This document shows, piece by piece, positions 43,791 to 56,838 of a stretch of 64,000 nt of DNA (position 1 is its first letter; each line of letters begins with the position of its first letter). This DNA comes from Amoeboaphelidium protococcarum X5 (taxonomy: Eukaryota; Fungi; Aphelidiomycota): NCBI GenBank assembly GCA_023515725.1, contig JALDTO010000206.1, forward strand, positions 201,952-265,951, read 5' to 3'. The position numbers and the translations under genes are program-made. Under the pieces are notes generated by a model, which saw only the letters and a program-made list of their open reading frames with translations, had not been told where the DNA came from and searched no databases.

Positions 43791-45649
43791 ATGAACTTAC
43801 GGGACAAGTTTGCATGCGATAAAGTTGGTTCTACCTATATGGACAACTCTAAGACACCCAGCTTCGTCCCTCACATTGGTGCTCGAGGAAGTTCTCAAGA
43901 CTCAGTCTCCACTGGCAATATATCTCCACCTGCATCCATCTCTACTGGCTCAGATCAAAGTTCCAACTATAGTAAAAAGTCTTTTGATATTGTCTCCTGT
44001 GGTACATCATCCAAACTCAAGATGCTGCCAATAGCCAAGCCAATGCTATTCAATGTCGAGAATGGGAAACATACGATGCTCACCCAAGCTGAATTCCATT
44101 CTATAGACAGAGAGAGACGCGTTCTGTAGTCCAAGATGTCGGAACTGCAAGTCAGCCTCAAGATTGAGAAGAGAGTCAAAGATGCGGCGCACTCCATGCT
44201 GCAGTTGTACTCCGAGAAGGATCTGAAACAATTGAAGCGTCTGTTTCAGGAGATTCTGCAATTGTTCAAGCGCGAGATTGAATTGCTGCGTCTGTTGTGT
44301 GCATATTCTTTACGGTCCACTGAGCTGGCTGACATTGAGTTGGGGCATAATAATGCGGCATGGTAGATGTATGCTTCATCAAGAGATCATGGTTAAACTT
44401 CTTTTGGGAGTAAGTCTAGTGAACAAGTGAGAAAAGATTTTGACTCCTAACATCTAAAAAGTCAATTAAAGAATTATAAATCTGAGCTCAAGACTGTATA
44501 ATCCGAGCTGGCCTAGCTAAAGTGTAAGAATGAAGTTCTGACTGGAGAACAGAATGCCTTGCTGAAATTGAATTAAGATCAAGAGTCTTTGATTACTCAG
44601 TTGTAGAGCAGTTTGAATTTGCTAACTATGTAGTTGCACACTTTGCAATCATACTCTGTTGATGACACGTCTTAGCCTGATCCTCCTCCGCGTAGTTTGC
44701 TTCCATCAGATTATGCTAGTGACGATTTCGACTCTATGTTGTAAAAGTATGATGAATCTACTGATACCATTGCCAAAGATCTTGTCTTTACGTTATAACA
44801 GCTGAATCAACTACTTGGTATCGACTGCGAGAGTATAGATCAATTTGTGCAGTCTGTCAATGAATTGAAGGGTATTGGTGAATAAAATTACTAGGGGCTG
44901 AGTGAGCTTAGCGTTGTTGTCTAATCTCTGCAATAGAAAGTATCAAGTAAATCTAAAGAGTGTGAACTAGTAGCTAATGAGCGTGATGAAGCTGTAATGG
45001 AGTTGGAGTTGCTGAAACAACGCCATTAGGCCCAGATTAAAGATCTTTATCAAAGCTAGTCTGAGAAGGTGGAAGAATACGAGTCAGTTTAAGTTAAGCA
45101 GGAAGAGCTCATCTCACAGCAATAATTAGAAATGGATAAGTTGCAGTTGTAGAACTAGTAGTTAATGGCAGAGGTATAAACACTGAAAAACTAGCAGCCG
45201 GATAACCAAGAACTTAAAAGTTAGTACTCTCAACTTCAAGACAAATACGATTCTCTAAGAGCTCAGAGCAATTAACTCGTTTAGCTACTGGATGATGAGA
45301 AGGATGCGCGGCAGGTGGAAGTCGAATATCTCACCAAACAACTCAACGATGTTAAAAGCTGCGACCACCACCAAGCCATGCAAGAGAAGGACAAAGTCAT
45401 CGCGGCATTAGAAAATGATTGCCAGATGCTGATACAAGAAGTCGGTAAGATTTGAGCTACCTGTGTTTTGATTATTATTGATAAAATTCAACAGAGTATT
45501 GTGTAGAGAGAACTACTAGTGAATGGGCAGATTTCAAAGAGAAAAAGATTGAGTTCGCAGAGACTATTGAAAAGTACGAGCGTCAAATATATGAGCTGCA
45601 GTCCACGATAATCGACAAGTAGAAGACTATTGAGAATTTACAAGGTTGA
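43791..45649 (+). CDS. Uds1-like domain coiled-coil protein; intron 45445-45506
   Basis: MLTQAEFHSIDRERRVLQSKMSELQVSLKIEKRVKDAAHSMLQLYS resembles the fungal Uds1 domain; a long Q/E/L-rich coiled coil follows. Confidence 0.65.
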
Positions 45650-45745
45650 GATCCTACGGCAGTCAACTATTATAATACTATTCTGGCAATGTGAAGCAAT
45701 GTGCAATATCAATCATCTATTTATACCACTTGAACTTCAATTCTA

Positions 45746-46552
45746 TCAGTCCTAATGAGGACGCACTTCAACTCCTTATTATTGTGGAATCTACTCATGG
45801 AATGCAGCCTTAAGAATATCAGGTGCCCTGAGATAATGGACGCCGTTAGATTGAGGTAGACGCGGATAAACATCCTCAAAAAAGTAATAAAAGTGACCAA
45901 TACAGATCCCAAGCAGATCGCCTAGAGGTAGTTTACCACCCAGCACAAAACTAAACGTCAACATAACAAAAGGCATATATGGCGCCTTGAAATCTAATAA
46001 GCCAAGGAAGCTCACCACAATATCAGGATTCCGCCTTGACCATAAGTATGTGAGCGTGAAAGTGAGCGGCGACCCCAAGAACATGAGATGAGTCCACGGC
46101 GCAATACACAATAGAATGGCAGCAGTTAGCATTATGAACCACAGATAATCCGCGGATCTCCCCCTAAATGAGCCCTCTTCCAGCATGCGGCAATAACGAA
46201 CCAAGAAGAACAGGTAGAATACAAAGTCTATCCCGAAAGATCCAAAGTATAAAAAGTTTGTAATCAGTCGCCAGTACTCATTGGACTTTATAATGGCATC
46301 CATATTGAAATAGAGTTAAAACGGATTAATCACATCAATTTACTACACACTAAGGCAACAAATATATAGTCATCAACATGCATCGAAGTATTAGAATCTT
46401 ACACATAGGAATGTTGTCGCAACCACAGCGGTTGAATACCATCGAGTAATGGGAGGAATGTCGAAATACCACTGCTCTATAGGCATTTGCTCATTTTATT
46501 GCTACTGCTATTACCTAAGTCGCTACTATATTTCATCGGCATTTGCATCCAT
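45746..46552 (-). CDS. DER1: Derlin (Der1-like ERAD protein); intron 46343-46402
   Basis: IPPITRW, EYWRLITNFLYFG, RYCRMLEEGSFRGR, YLWSRRNP, GHFYYFFEDVYP. Confidence 0.93.
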
Positions 46553-46788
46553 GCTTTCTCTTTTTATAACTAGACTTACTTGATTTAATTTAAGAAGACG
46601 ATGAAAGATGTATAAATACAACAAACTTGAACCGTGAAGATTCTAAACGGAACAATTGGCAGAAAATTCTTGTAACTACTTGTCGCTACTGACAAAAATC
46701 AAAAGATTTAAATATTCCATCAGACATGAATTATAAGTGAGATTATTGGCATACAATAAAGTTTCATCATACTAAGATCACCTTGAAC

Positions 46789-47325
46789 TCACGATGATTA
46801 ACCAGACTATTATTATAAAGTGGCATCAGAGTGTACCGCAGAGTATGCTGGAGGTGGAGACTGTGCTCTATTCTGACAATCATAATTATTATGAGATTGT
46901 CCAGATTATGATCGTTAATTCTACTAAGGTATTTACTAATCCTACTATGTAAAGTGCCTCCGCGTAAAGGAAAAGGGATCATCTGAATCGTCATTAGTTG
47001 TCGATGTCCAAGTGTCTAATTCATGAACCAGGCGCGATGATACTCTTTCAGCATCACGCGTAGAATATTACTGCGCATGAAATTATTGTTATTAGTGCTA
47101 TTATTATTACTATGATTATTACTATCCAGTATACAGTGAATCACGTTAAAAGAATTGCTATGTGAATCCATCTCCGGCAAGACTACTACCAAAATCTGCA
47201 AACATGTCCTAATTGCCACTGCCACCTTGATGCGGCCACGACGGCGCCTAACTATCGCGATATTGATTTTAATGAGGCGCAGAAGGCTGCTATTACTTTT
47301 ATTATTAAGCAGATGATTTGGACAT
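46789..47325 (-). CDS. Gln-rich low-complexity orphan protein (178 aa) with PSAP and PPxY motifs
   Basis: ATG 47325 to TGA 46789 open only in table 6: MSKSSAQQQKQQQPSAPHQ...QQQSQQQQQHQQQQFH...QSPPPAYS. Confidence 0.65.
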
Positions 47326-47645
47326 TTCTTTTACAACAGTAGATTATTATTGTTTCAGCGGCTATAATTATATCGCAGAGTTTGTTTAGCGCTCCTTGTG
47401 ATCCGAATGCAAAAAAAAATGCGCTTGGCTGTGCCGCTTTTAGGAATTTTGTTCTCATGTGATTTTTAGTGTGAAAATACAACCGCCGTAACTTTGTTGG
47501 GATCATCACTGATTGGGCCCGGAGAGAGATTGTACCGTAGATTAATTAGATTAGATCGTTGTTATTACTATCGGTACTCTGTTAGTGTTGTTCTCGTAAA
47601 TCTATCAATTATATTTAATCAATCGCTGTACGACAAAGTATCATT

Positions 47646-49352
47646 ATGAGCGATGATAAAAAGAATATGAAATTGCCCAAGTTGGAAATTAGAAATCGTA
47701 CCGTTTAAGCTGACCTCTTTAATAGCAGTGGCAGTGATACTGTGCTTTCAGTCGACGGTAACATCGGCGATTTGTGTCAAGAGGGTAGTAGTAGTAATGG
47801 AGTTTCATGGACCGCTAGTCTGTTTAATTTGACAAATACTTGTATTGGAGCGGGTACACTAGCATTACCGTACGTATTACATTAGTGTGGTCTTGTGCTG
47901 GGGGTAGCGCTGATATCATTGATTGGATGCCTCAGCTGGTTTGGCTTGTACTTTCTGACTGTAAGTAAAATACTCACCAAGAAAAGGACTTTTATAGAGA
48001 TTGCCGAGGCTGCGGATGGTGATCGCGGTAAACGTATAGCTTCTATGGCCTTATTTTTGATGCTTCTCGGTCCTCTATCTGCGTACTTTTCCATTATAGG
48101 TTCGTATTTGCGTACCACTGCAGAAGATATATTTGGAGAGTAGTAGTTATAGCAGTGGTATTTGAGTAAAACTTTCATCATGGCCTTTATCGGAATTGTC
48201 GTCATGTTTCCACTCTCTTTCAAGTCTCTGAAATTCATATCATATCTCGCCATTCTGGCTCTGGTGTCTATGCTATATGCCATCAGTCTCATCCCTATCA
48301 CGTATTTCATTGATCTCTCTAATCCACAATGGATCGCTCCTTCAGTTAGATTGTGGGTAAATACCGAGGCGCCGTGGTCAATATTGGCTGCATTCAGTAC
48401 TATCGGTATGGCGTTTATTAATCACTCCATTGTGGTTGAGGCGACCAGTGATTTGGAGAATCCAACACATTATCGTCAACATACCTTGACATACTTCTCG
48501 TCTATACTCACCACTATGCTCTATATAATTACTAGCGTAACTGGTTATCTTCACTTTGGCTACGCGGTGAAGGGCAATATATTGGAGAGTTATTCCCAGG
48601 TGGATGGCTAGAGTGGTGTGGAGATTATATTTGCCAGAGTCCTTGTTGCCGTCTGTATAGCTCTCACTTATCCTGCGTTTATTTATCCAGCTAGATCTTG
48701 TCTGTCTGGTATTATGGCGCAGTCTTAGAAGAAGCAGAGGTCTAGTGTTTCCAGTAATGGATAGCTACTATCCGATGATTCTCAATTGGGAGATCAAGTA
48801 GCTCTACTTGGTGTTGCGTCCTAGCCATCAGTCTTTGATATGAATAACCGTAAATGGTATTAGAAGCCTAGTGCTATACGAGTATTCTAGACAGTTTTCA
48901 TATTTGGATTATCATTTGGAATTGCTGTTGCCATACCAGATTTGGACAAGATATTTGCCTTCTTTGGATCTCTCACTGGTAGTTTAGTAGTGTATATCTT
49001 GCCAGTGTACTTTTTTGTTCAAATTGCTCAGCCTTATAGCTTGGTGGTTGTGGAGTACTTACGTGTGCGCATACCATGGTCATCCTCAGTACTATTCTCT
49101 GTTCCACGGATATTTGTTTTAAGTCAGCTGCATTATGATCATGGATCTCCTATCGCTGTAACACCCACAGCAGAGTTGGATGGGTATCATGACTTATCCG
49201 CAATTAGACGCGTATCGATACCTATCCCTAACAGGGAACGTTGGACAGTGCATCAGCGCTTTGTCGAGATGGCCATTTACGCTAATTTTACAGTTGGTGT
49301 CTTGTTATTGATTTTTGGTACTGGCTTTAGCATCTACGATCTATTTGCATGA
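47646..49352 (+). CDS. Amino-acid transporter, Aa_trans/SLC38/AVT family (568 aa)
   Basis: SLFNLTNTCIGAGTLALPY, GYLHFGYAVKGNILESY, FFGSLTGSLVVYILP. Confidence 0.9.
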
Positions 49353-50189
49353 TATTTTATTCGATAGATTGAGTCTCCGTGTACTTTAAAAAGTATAGAG
49401 TGTAATAAACGTTAATAAAGCTAATTTTTATCAAGTTGATATATCTTGGGATGTTACAGTTATTGATTTTAAGCTGATAACAATTAGGACAATTCAAAAT
49501 GAGATTATAAGCGGCGTCTAGATAGTGGAGGAGTGAATACCATTTTGTTAAGTGTTTCACCATCAAGGGGCCGTGATAGTTGATATTGAATTGTTAATAA
49601 GATCTAACTCTTATCATTGAAAAAGAATAAAGTTAAATCTAGTCGTAAGACTCTTTAGTTTTTAATCTCATTATCTCATAGTAAGTAGTTCCTTCAAGTT
49701 TGACCAATTCATGAGGAGTTGTAATTTTTGTGGTCGGTTTAAGCTTAAAAATCAATCTCTAATCCGTTATTATCAAGAAGCATTTCCTATTATTCACCCT
49801 TTCGCTTTCCGTATCGAGCTGAATCCACAGAGTCTTTGGATATGATTCAGCTCACTGATAAGGAGCATTTGATATAAAGAGGATATTTAAACGCGTTTTC
49901 CGACTGAATATACTGTAAGCCTACAGACAGTCTGCTCATTGGTTTGGTTTAAAATGAAGAGTTGTAGATGACACGTCCATATCCGGATAAACGGCAGTCT
50001 TAAAGAATTGACGGCGTCACCAACCGTACAGAGCTTTAGTATCAAAGTACTAAATGATGATTAGGGCCTGATTTCACTATTTTCTATGGATGAGGCCCAA
50101 TCCTTATAAAATGGTTAGTCTCTTAAGGGCGATCGCCACATCCTTCGATTGGCATTATTTTCATTTTAAAAACCTCTTCACCTTCGAAA

Positions 50190-51002
50190 ATGGCGCTTCA
50201 TTACGTTAATCTCAAGCTGGGTAACAAGTCGTTTAAGAGTAAAGTTTCTACTTAAGGCTGCACTTTTGTCGCTGATTTGCTGGGTGTTATTAAAACCAAA
50301 TTCTCGCGTTGCTTGGATTCCTACTCTATTGCTCAGCTCACTCTCTTTAGACCTGATGGAATCACCGAAATCGACCCAGAAACTCTTGTTACAGATTTAA
50401 GAGAAATACCGTGGGAGCCAATGATTGTGACCGTGGAAGAATTACCCACACCTGCTCGTAGTGGTAGTTCTAAAAAACAGGGAAGATACAAATGGATAAG
50501 TACGGAAGCGTCGTGCAGGAAGTTTTTGAATGCTCTTGCAATTGAAATCGGTTTTGACTACAATCTCCCTAAAACTTAGAAGAAACCCACGATGGACGAT
50601 GTACTGGCTGCCAAAGACGGTCGATACGGAAAACCAGAGAATTCAGCTCCTGGTGTCGCGTGGTGGGACTATAAGAAGGAAGATGGAATCCAGTTTACTA
50701 CCACTCCACTTCCGTCTATTTTGTCTTCTAGATAATGGGACATATTGAAATCGCTCAATCGTGATACTAGTCAAAGAATTCACGATGCCCGATTGCCACT
50801 GACTAGTAGACTGAAGCCATTCATTATTCTTCCTCATAAACAGTTTACTACACCCGAGTATGTTGATGAGTTGAAAAGTATTGCGACGATTATTGGTGTT
50901 GTGCATACAGATGAGGAACTGGTTGTGAAGGATGAATTCGAGCTTTTCGGAAGCTCAAGCTCTGAACCTGAGTCGCCTGATATGGATAAGAACATGAAAT
51001 GA
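50190..51002 (+). CDS. Crinkler (CRN)-like protein (270 aa)
   Basis: N-terminus KVSTQGCTFVADLLGVIKTKFSRCLDSYSIAQLTLFRPDG...PMIVTV resembles the chytrid CRN ubiquitin-like header (LxLF); C-terminal domain not recognised. Confidence 0.65.
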
Positions 51003-51096
51003 GGCTATCGAATAAAAAGATAAACTATCAATATCTTAAATTTTCATTTGGCGCGTGATTAGATTTCAATAAGTATAAGTGTACTGTATGTTCTCG

Positions 51097-51300
51097 GTCA
51101 ACTGCACTATAATTATGGATCTCTTATCGCTGTAACACCCACGGCAGAGTTGGATGGATATCATGACTTATCCGCAATTGGACGCGTATCGATACCTATC
51201 CCTAACAGGGAACGTTGTTCAGTGTATCTGGTTGAGATGACCATCTATGCCAATATTGATTTTTGGTACTGGCTTCAGCTTCTATGATCTATTTGTATGA
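51097..51300 (+). repeat. Direct duplicate of the transporter 3' end (49123-49352), with two small deletions
   Basis: atcgctgtaacacccac.gcagagttggatgg.tatcatgacttatccgcaatt.gacgcgtatcgatacctatccctaacagggaacgttg occurs at both sites. Confidence 0.92.
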
Positions 51301-51420
51301 AGTACATTACGTGAGCTTGAACATTTAATCCAACATTAATTATATAGAGCATAAACTTTATTTGTACAAGTGACTTTATTAGTGCATATTCATATCAAAA
51401 TATTGGAATCATTGATGATT

Positions 51421-52686
51421 TCAGGATGACTATAGTTGAGACAGCTCAATATGCGACTATAAGCGACGTCTAGATAACTCAGCGCAAAGACGACACTCGT
51501 TCGATTAAGTGGAAAGATTAACCAGTTTCTGGTACCCAAGACTTCTCTCTCGCAGCGGTAGAGATCTCCAACTTTGGCGCCTATCGTATTCAGTTTCGTT
51601 GTTTAGCACAAGCTATACTTCCTTCACAAAATCTTCAAACGACTTCTGGAACGGCGCTTCATACGTTATATTCTCGTATGGATCTCTTAAAAAAGCATCA
51701 AAAGCATTCATATGAGGTGCAGCTATTATGGCGTCAGGATGTGGTAGGAAATCCCTGATTACATTAGGCGCTCCCAAGTAGATGGGAATACACCCTGCTG
51801 CCAAGGCATCCCACAGCTTTTCAGTAACATAATCGCGATTCAACGAGTTCTCCATAGCTATGCACACTTTGTAATTAGAGAATATCTCAATTTTAGACTC
51901 ACCGCTTTACCCGAGCAAGTCATTAAACTCATCTGTATTATGCAGACATGAGCCTATCGCATCAATCTTCACGCCAGAGCTGATGAGTTTTTGAACTATA
52001 TCGATTCTTGGATGCGAGCCACAATTTCTATTCATAAATGCCACAGCATCCACCTTCTTCAAAGCGAATGGCTTCAATGGTGCTCTGTAAAATCGCGAAT
52101 CATTCCAGAAGTAGTGAGCAGGGACTTCTGATGTGAGACGATAAGTCATGCGAATGTCAAATTTGTTCATCAAATCCTGATTGTAAGTGTCCTCGATATT
52201 AGTGGCAGATTCCATATTAAACCCGACGGACCATTTATTTTTAATCTTGGTATTTGAATAGTAATCAACATCCACGTCGCCAATACCAGCGACATAGTAT
52301 ACCTTGCCTATGACGCGTTCTTGCCACTCCGGATCTGATTTCAGACTCTAACTCAGATACTCACAATGTAATGGCTAACCATCAATACGACAATTTTAAA
52401 ACACCTGAGCATATCCCTCACCCATAGATGTAAATGTCATCAGTTGTACATATACAGGATCTGTGAGCGAGACATTCTTTTTCACTTGACCATTACCGCG
52501 GCTGATGGTATTCAAACTTGGACTAAATTTCAGATTAAACCACGCAGCAGAGGGTGAGGATGGACCAAAATACAACTAATTTGCCATAAGCATAATTATA
52601 AACAATAGACTCCCAATACACAGCAATATAAGCGGCTTATAATAGCCTGATGAAACCACCGCATTAGGAGTGTTATCCGCCGTCAT
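51421..52686 (-). CDS. Alpha-1,3-fucosyltransferase, GT10 family (421 aa, type II membrane protein)
   Basis: N-terminal TM helix; FNMES, MTYRLTSEVP, YKVCIAMENSLNRDYVTEKLWDALAAGCIPIYLG. Confidence 0.92.
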
Positions 52687-53274
52687 TTTGCGTCTTGATC
52701 AGTACCGCTAAAACTAGAATTTAGTAGAAAATCAAGAGAGAGATTAAAAGATGTTTGTCACTGCGCGTCAAGCAAAACACGCTGCTCGCTAGCAGAATGT
52801 ACAGCAGAAAGCTCAAGAGACGAACAAGAGTACTTTTAAACATATATGTTCACAATTTTTATTGTACTTTATTTTTTCAGTCAGCTTAATGATTCTTACA
52901 ATTATATGGCTGATGAATCGCAGGAGTAAACTCCGTCTAGCAAGGAAAATACACTGGCAGCTCTTAACGCATCAGAATGGTAATCTTTTTATCTCTCGAC
53001 ACACGTCTCAAAGACCTTACGGATACATTCATAGAACAGAGTTGATGCTACGAGCTCTGGCATAAGCCCGCCACGCTCATTTAGTTACTTTATAGCAATT
53101 CCTCATATCTAACGCGTATTTGCCATTTACACCGAGCTATCCAAATATGTAAGAACTGTTACAGGCCAAGTAACCTTCACGTCTGCTTTAGTTTCATTCG
53201 TCAGGCTATATTGAAATCTTTTTTGCCATCTTATCGGATTATGGCATCATTTTTTACATGCTTTTGGATGTTCC

Positions 53275-54519
53275 TCATATACAATTTAACTTACTGATTA
53301 ATAAATGATTTTCCAGTACCCGGTAATCATATGACAACTTTGCTCTTAGAATTAGAACATATTCATCGTATTACAAAAAAGCGTCCTGCTAGTAGAGATA
53401 TTTGTCTATCCTCAGCTTCAGGGAGGTAGGATCTTGATAAAATACCAGACTTAAAAGAATTTAATTGAAACCCATCTTCACCTCCATTTTCGGTATGCAA
53501 AATCGATAATAATGAAGTTCTGTGAAACTGACGCGCCTGCTTAGAACATATTGATATTCTTGACACAACTGCTATCCGCCAACCAGCTGCATATAATAAG
53601 ACTAGCTCAACAGAAAGCGGTAATTGATTTTGAACGGAATCTGACTGAAGTCGAAATTCTAATAATCTTCAACTGGACTGCAGACTGCAAGATAGTTGCG
53701 ATTATGGCCTTGGACCACCAACATCTGCTCGCCATAGTCATCTTCACATAAATCAAAGACGTAATTTAGGACAGCCAAATCTGCCTAAACGCCATTCTCC
53801 TATACTTACTGATGATCATCACCAGCGGCCGGAATCAGGAGGGCATCAATGCAACGCGTTTCCTCAATAGTGCGAGCCTAGAAATCATCATTACATTTGT
53901 AAATATACTGAACTTGGTAGCCATCTGTGCGAATACAAAACAATTCCGCTTTGCTATATTTCGGAATCTCTTTAAAAATATCAGCAAAATATTTATCACG
54001 CATAACAGATTAGCGAAGGTCAAGCTCAGTTATACTGATCAAAGACAATTTATTCGACACAACAAGCAGCAAAACAAAAGATTTGCATCCATACTAGTTG
54101 AGGTAATCGCAGCATTTATAGAACAGAGGCAGAAATACAAACCAGAAAGACTTGAACCTCTTCACATTACTAAGAACACTCTCAAATCCAAAATTAATGC
54201 CATCCTTGCTCTCTAATTCGTTCTTTATCAGTCGAGCAATCTTAATATATGGTTTCATCAAATTATTCAGTTGACCAAAATCATTACTTGACTAAGAGGC
54301 AGCTTTCTTCAAGCAAGCATGCAACTCAGTGTACTTTTAGTTATCCACTTATTTACAAAAGCCAATACATCCTATCAATACAGAGACTAACCTTGACGCG
54401 TCAAATCGATTAATAAGACTAGGAGCCAATGAAACAACTTTGTGGGCAATCGCGCTTGAAAACTAAAATATCGATGAATAATTACCAGGAAAGCTACTAT
54501 ACAACCAAAACATTTCCAT
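53275..54519 (-). CDS. Hypothetical ORF (~414 aa); possibly the surviving part of a larger decayed gene spanning ~52.9-56.1 kb
   Basis: Frame is TGA-free from 54591 to 53278. Upstream sequence is still protein-like but carries several TGA codons and frameshifts. Confidence 0.45.
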
Positions 54520-54989
54520 TATACTACTGCAGGTTTTTATACTGCGTGGGTAATTCTAAGGGGAGAGAGGCGACCAAGTTGCAAGGCATCTTCAATCTTT
54601 ACTGCCAGACCCGGATTAACTAAGAACGCGCACAGTTCAATTCATTACTAAAGGCAACAGTTCACCACGAGGCTTGATATAAACTATAATATTGACTGTT
54701 TACCAGCCATAGTTAATTCACCCAATCCATTACTTAGCATAGCGACCAAATCACCTTGAACTGGATGGGATGCAATTATAAACGCCGACATTTTGGTACA
54801 TCACCGCTACCCCTGTCACTATTCAATGGTCCCCAATAATCAGAATGCACAACTTCGCCTACGGAGGGCTTGTACTCTCAAACACTATTAAAGGGCAGTC
54901 TATTGCTTTTCGCAATATCGCACGCCATGCATTAAAAGATACATCCAGAGGGTACATGGAGATTGATACCATCTCAAGCATAACTGGGT

Positions 54990-55250
54990 ATTGGAATTTC
55001 AACGTAATTTAGCTTGGTTTCACCATTCAGCACTTTCTCTCTACATTAGAAATACTTAATATCTATGTGACGCGACTTTACATTACTAGAATGATTGGAT
55101 GCAATTGCAATAGCCGACTAATTGTCTTCCATGATTTGGATCGGGCCATCACATAAACCGACTTCACGCAACACATGCTGCAGATAAGTGCTTCTCTAGA
55201 TCGCCTATGATACGGCAACAAACTCAGCCTCTGCAGAACTCAAAGTGACA
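54990..55250 (-). mobile_element. Ty1/copia retrotransposon RNase H fragment
   Basis: VTLSSAEAEFVAVS...IMEDN(TAG=Q)SAIAIASN...KSRHIDIKYFQCREKV. Confidence 0.88.
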
Positions 55251-56265
55251 TGGAATTACCAAGGAGCATCAGACACTAATTGAAATTGTTAATCCGTCCA
55301 TCAACGCATTTAAAATTTAATACACCAATTTAATCATCAGAAAAGACTATTCATACAATATATCAGGCTTTCGCATGCAGCAAACAGTGCGTCCATCCTA
55401 AAAACACGTTGCCTAACATGCATGGGTCTGATACTCTGAACAGCTTTAAGGATGAACTATGCCTTTTTCACATCAAAGTCCGGCTCATCAACTTGTAATG
55501 GCAACTAATGACTACCACTTTAGCTTTTAAGTTGCCTACTCAGTGACTGATTATAAATCATAGGATTCTCCATTAAACGCGAATATTAGCTCAAGTTCAT
55601 ACTTAAAGTCAGAGACTTCTCGAGATAGAATGGAACCGGATAAAACTTTGAATTTTATCAATGACTCGCTCAATAACTTCAGCAAAGCATCAGGAGGAGG
55701 GGACCAATTCCTAAAACCAAGAAGAGAAATTCATTTTATTGGCGATATGATGACGCCGTAATATCTCCATGTTAGTAGAATTAGCCGCTTTCCTTCACGG
55801 ATCGGCACAGGAATCCCAGTTATCCTTCATTTGCAAAAGATTACTCCATATTATTAGTCTCGCCTTATTCTAGATTTAATCTTAAGCCGTCTCATACAGC
55901 GCATTCCTCGATGAAGTGAACTTGTCCGGATCAACAAACATCTTTCATATTGAGCAGCTACCAACTCTTTGTTCAGGCCGCTACTCAGTTAAACCGCCAA
56001 CTTTACTTTTTGATTAATACGATGGAAACTCATTCACCAAAACTTTTTAAAATATGTGAGCAAGTCCCCACTAGAGCTAGCAGTCAATATCTCGTTCTTG
56101 TATTGAGAGTTGATTCGTCCATATTTATGACACTTTCGAAAAAAAGACGTGCGACGCGAACTTGTGCATCAGAAACCGTCAAACTAACATTTCTGGCGAT
56201 GAAAAATATCAAGATTTATGTGAAAATTCAATACTACAAATTAACCTTACTCAAATTCATTATGC

Positions 56266-56838
56266 TCATAGCATCCAAATGAAACCAGCACCAACAAGAG
56301 ACAGGACAGCAGAAGCACCGTAAGCAGACGCGCTGTTAGCATCTTTTCGGCTCTTGTCGTTCTTGTTTGAAGACGAGTTGCTGGAGCCTTTCTTTCCAAA
56401 GGCTTCTGGCGCGTCCTTAGTGCCACACTGGAAATCCTTGTTACAGTCAGCAGAGCAGGAAGTAACGTTGAAAGAGGTGGTGTTGTCTGAAGCAGCCGAC
56501 TGGAAATCCTTGTTACACTTGGTGAAGCATTCATTGAACTCCTTGTTACAAGCCTAGAATGCAACTGGGAAAGAGCCATCAACCAGGACCTGAGACGAGT
56601 TGGATGGACACTGGCAATCCCACTCCAAGCTCTTGTCATCACAGGTATTCACGGTTGGCTTGGTGGCATTGGCGCAAGAGAGATTACAGTGATTCATGTT
56701 GGCCTTGCAGAGGTCAGAGTTTGACTGACTAGACACGGTAGTGTTGAGAGCTCCACTGCTAGTAGTGGTATTCTCACCAGCGGCAGAGATGATGGAAGCA
56801 TAGGCCAGAGTAGAGATTAAGTATACGATGTTCTTCAT
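56266..56838 (-). CDS. Cys-rich secreted, probably GPI-anchored cell-surface protein (190 aa)
   Basis: Signal peptide, C..C..C..NTCD..LEWDCQC core, many N-glycosylation sequons, and an NSA omega-like site followed by a hydrophobic tail. Confidence 0.82.

Noticed and set aside
53551-54216. Plus-strand ORFs of 66 and 134 aa
   Set aside because: The codon pattern indicates they are antisense to the longer minus-strand frame.
54400-55950. Possible TGA recoding (Trp/Sec) in a frame with several TGAs
   Set aside because: The region also has frameshifts and a retroelement insert. All intact genes use TGG for Trp and end in TGA.
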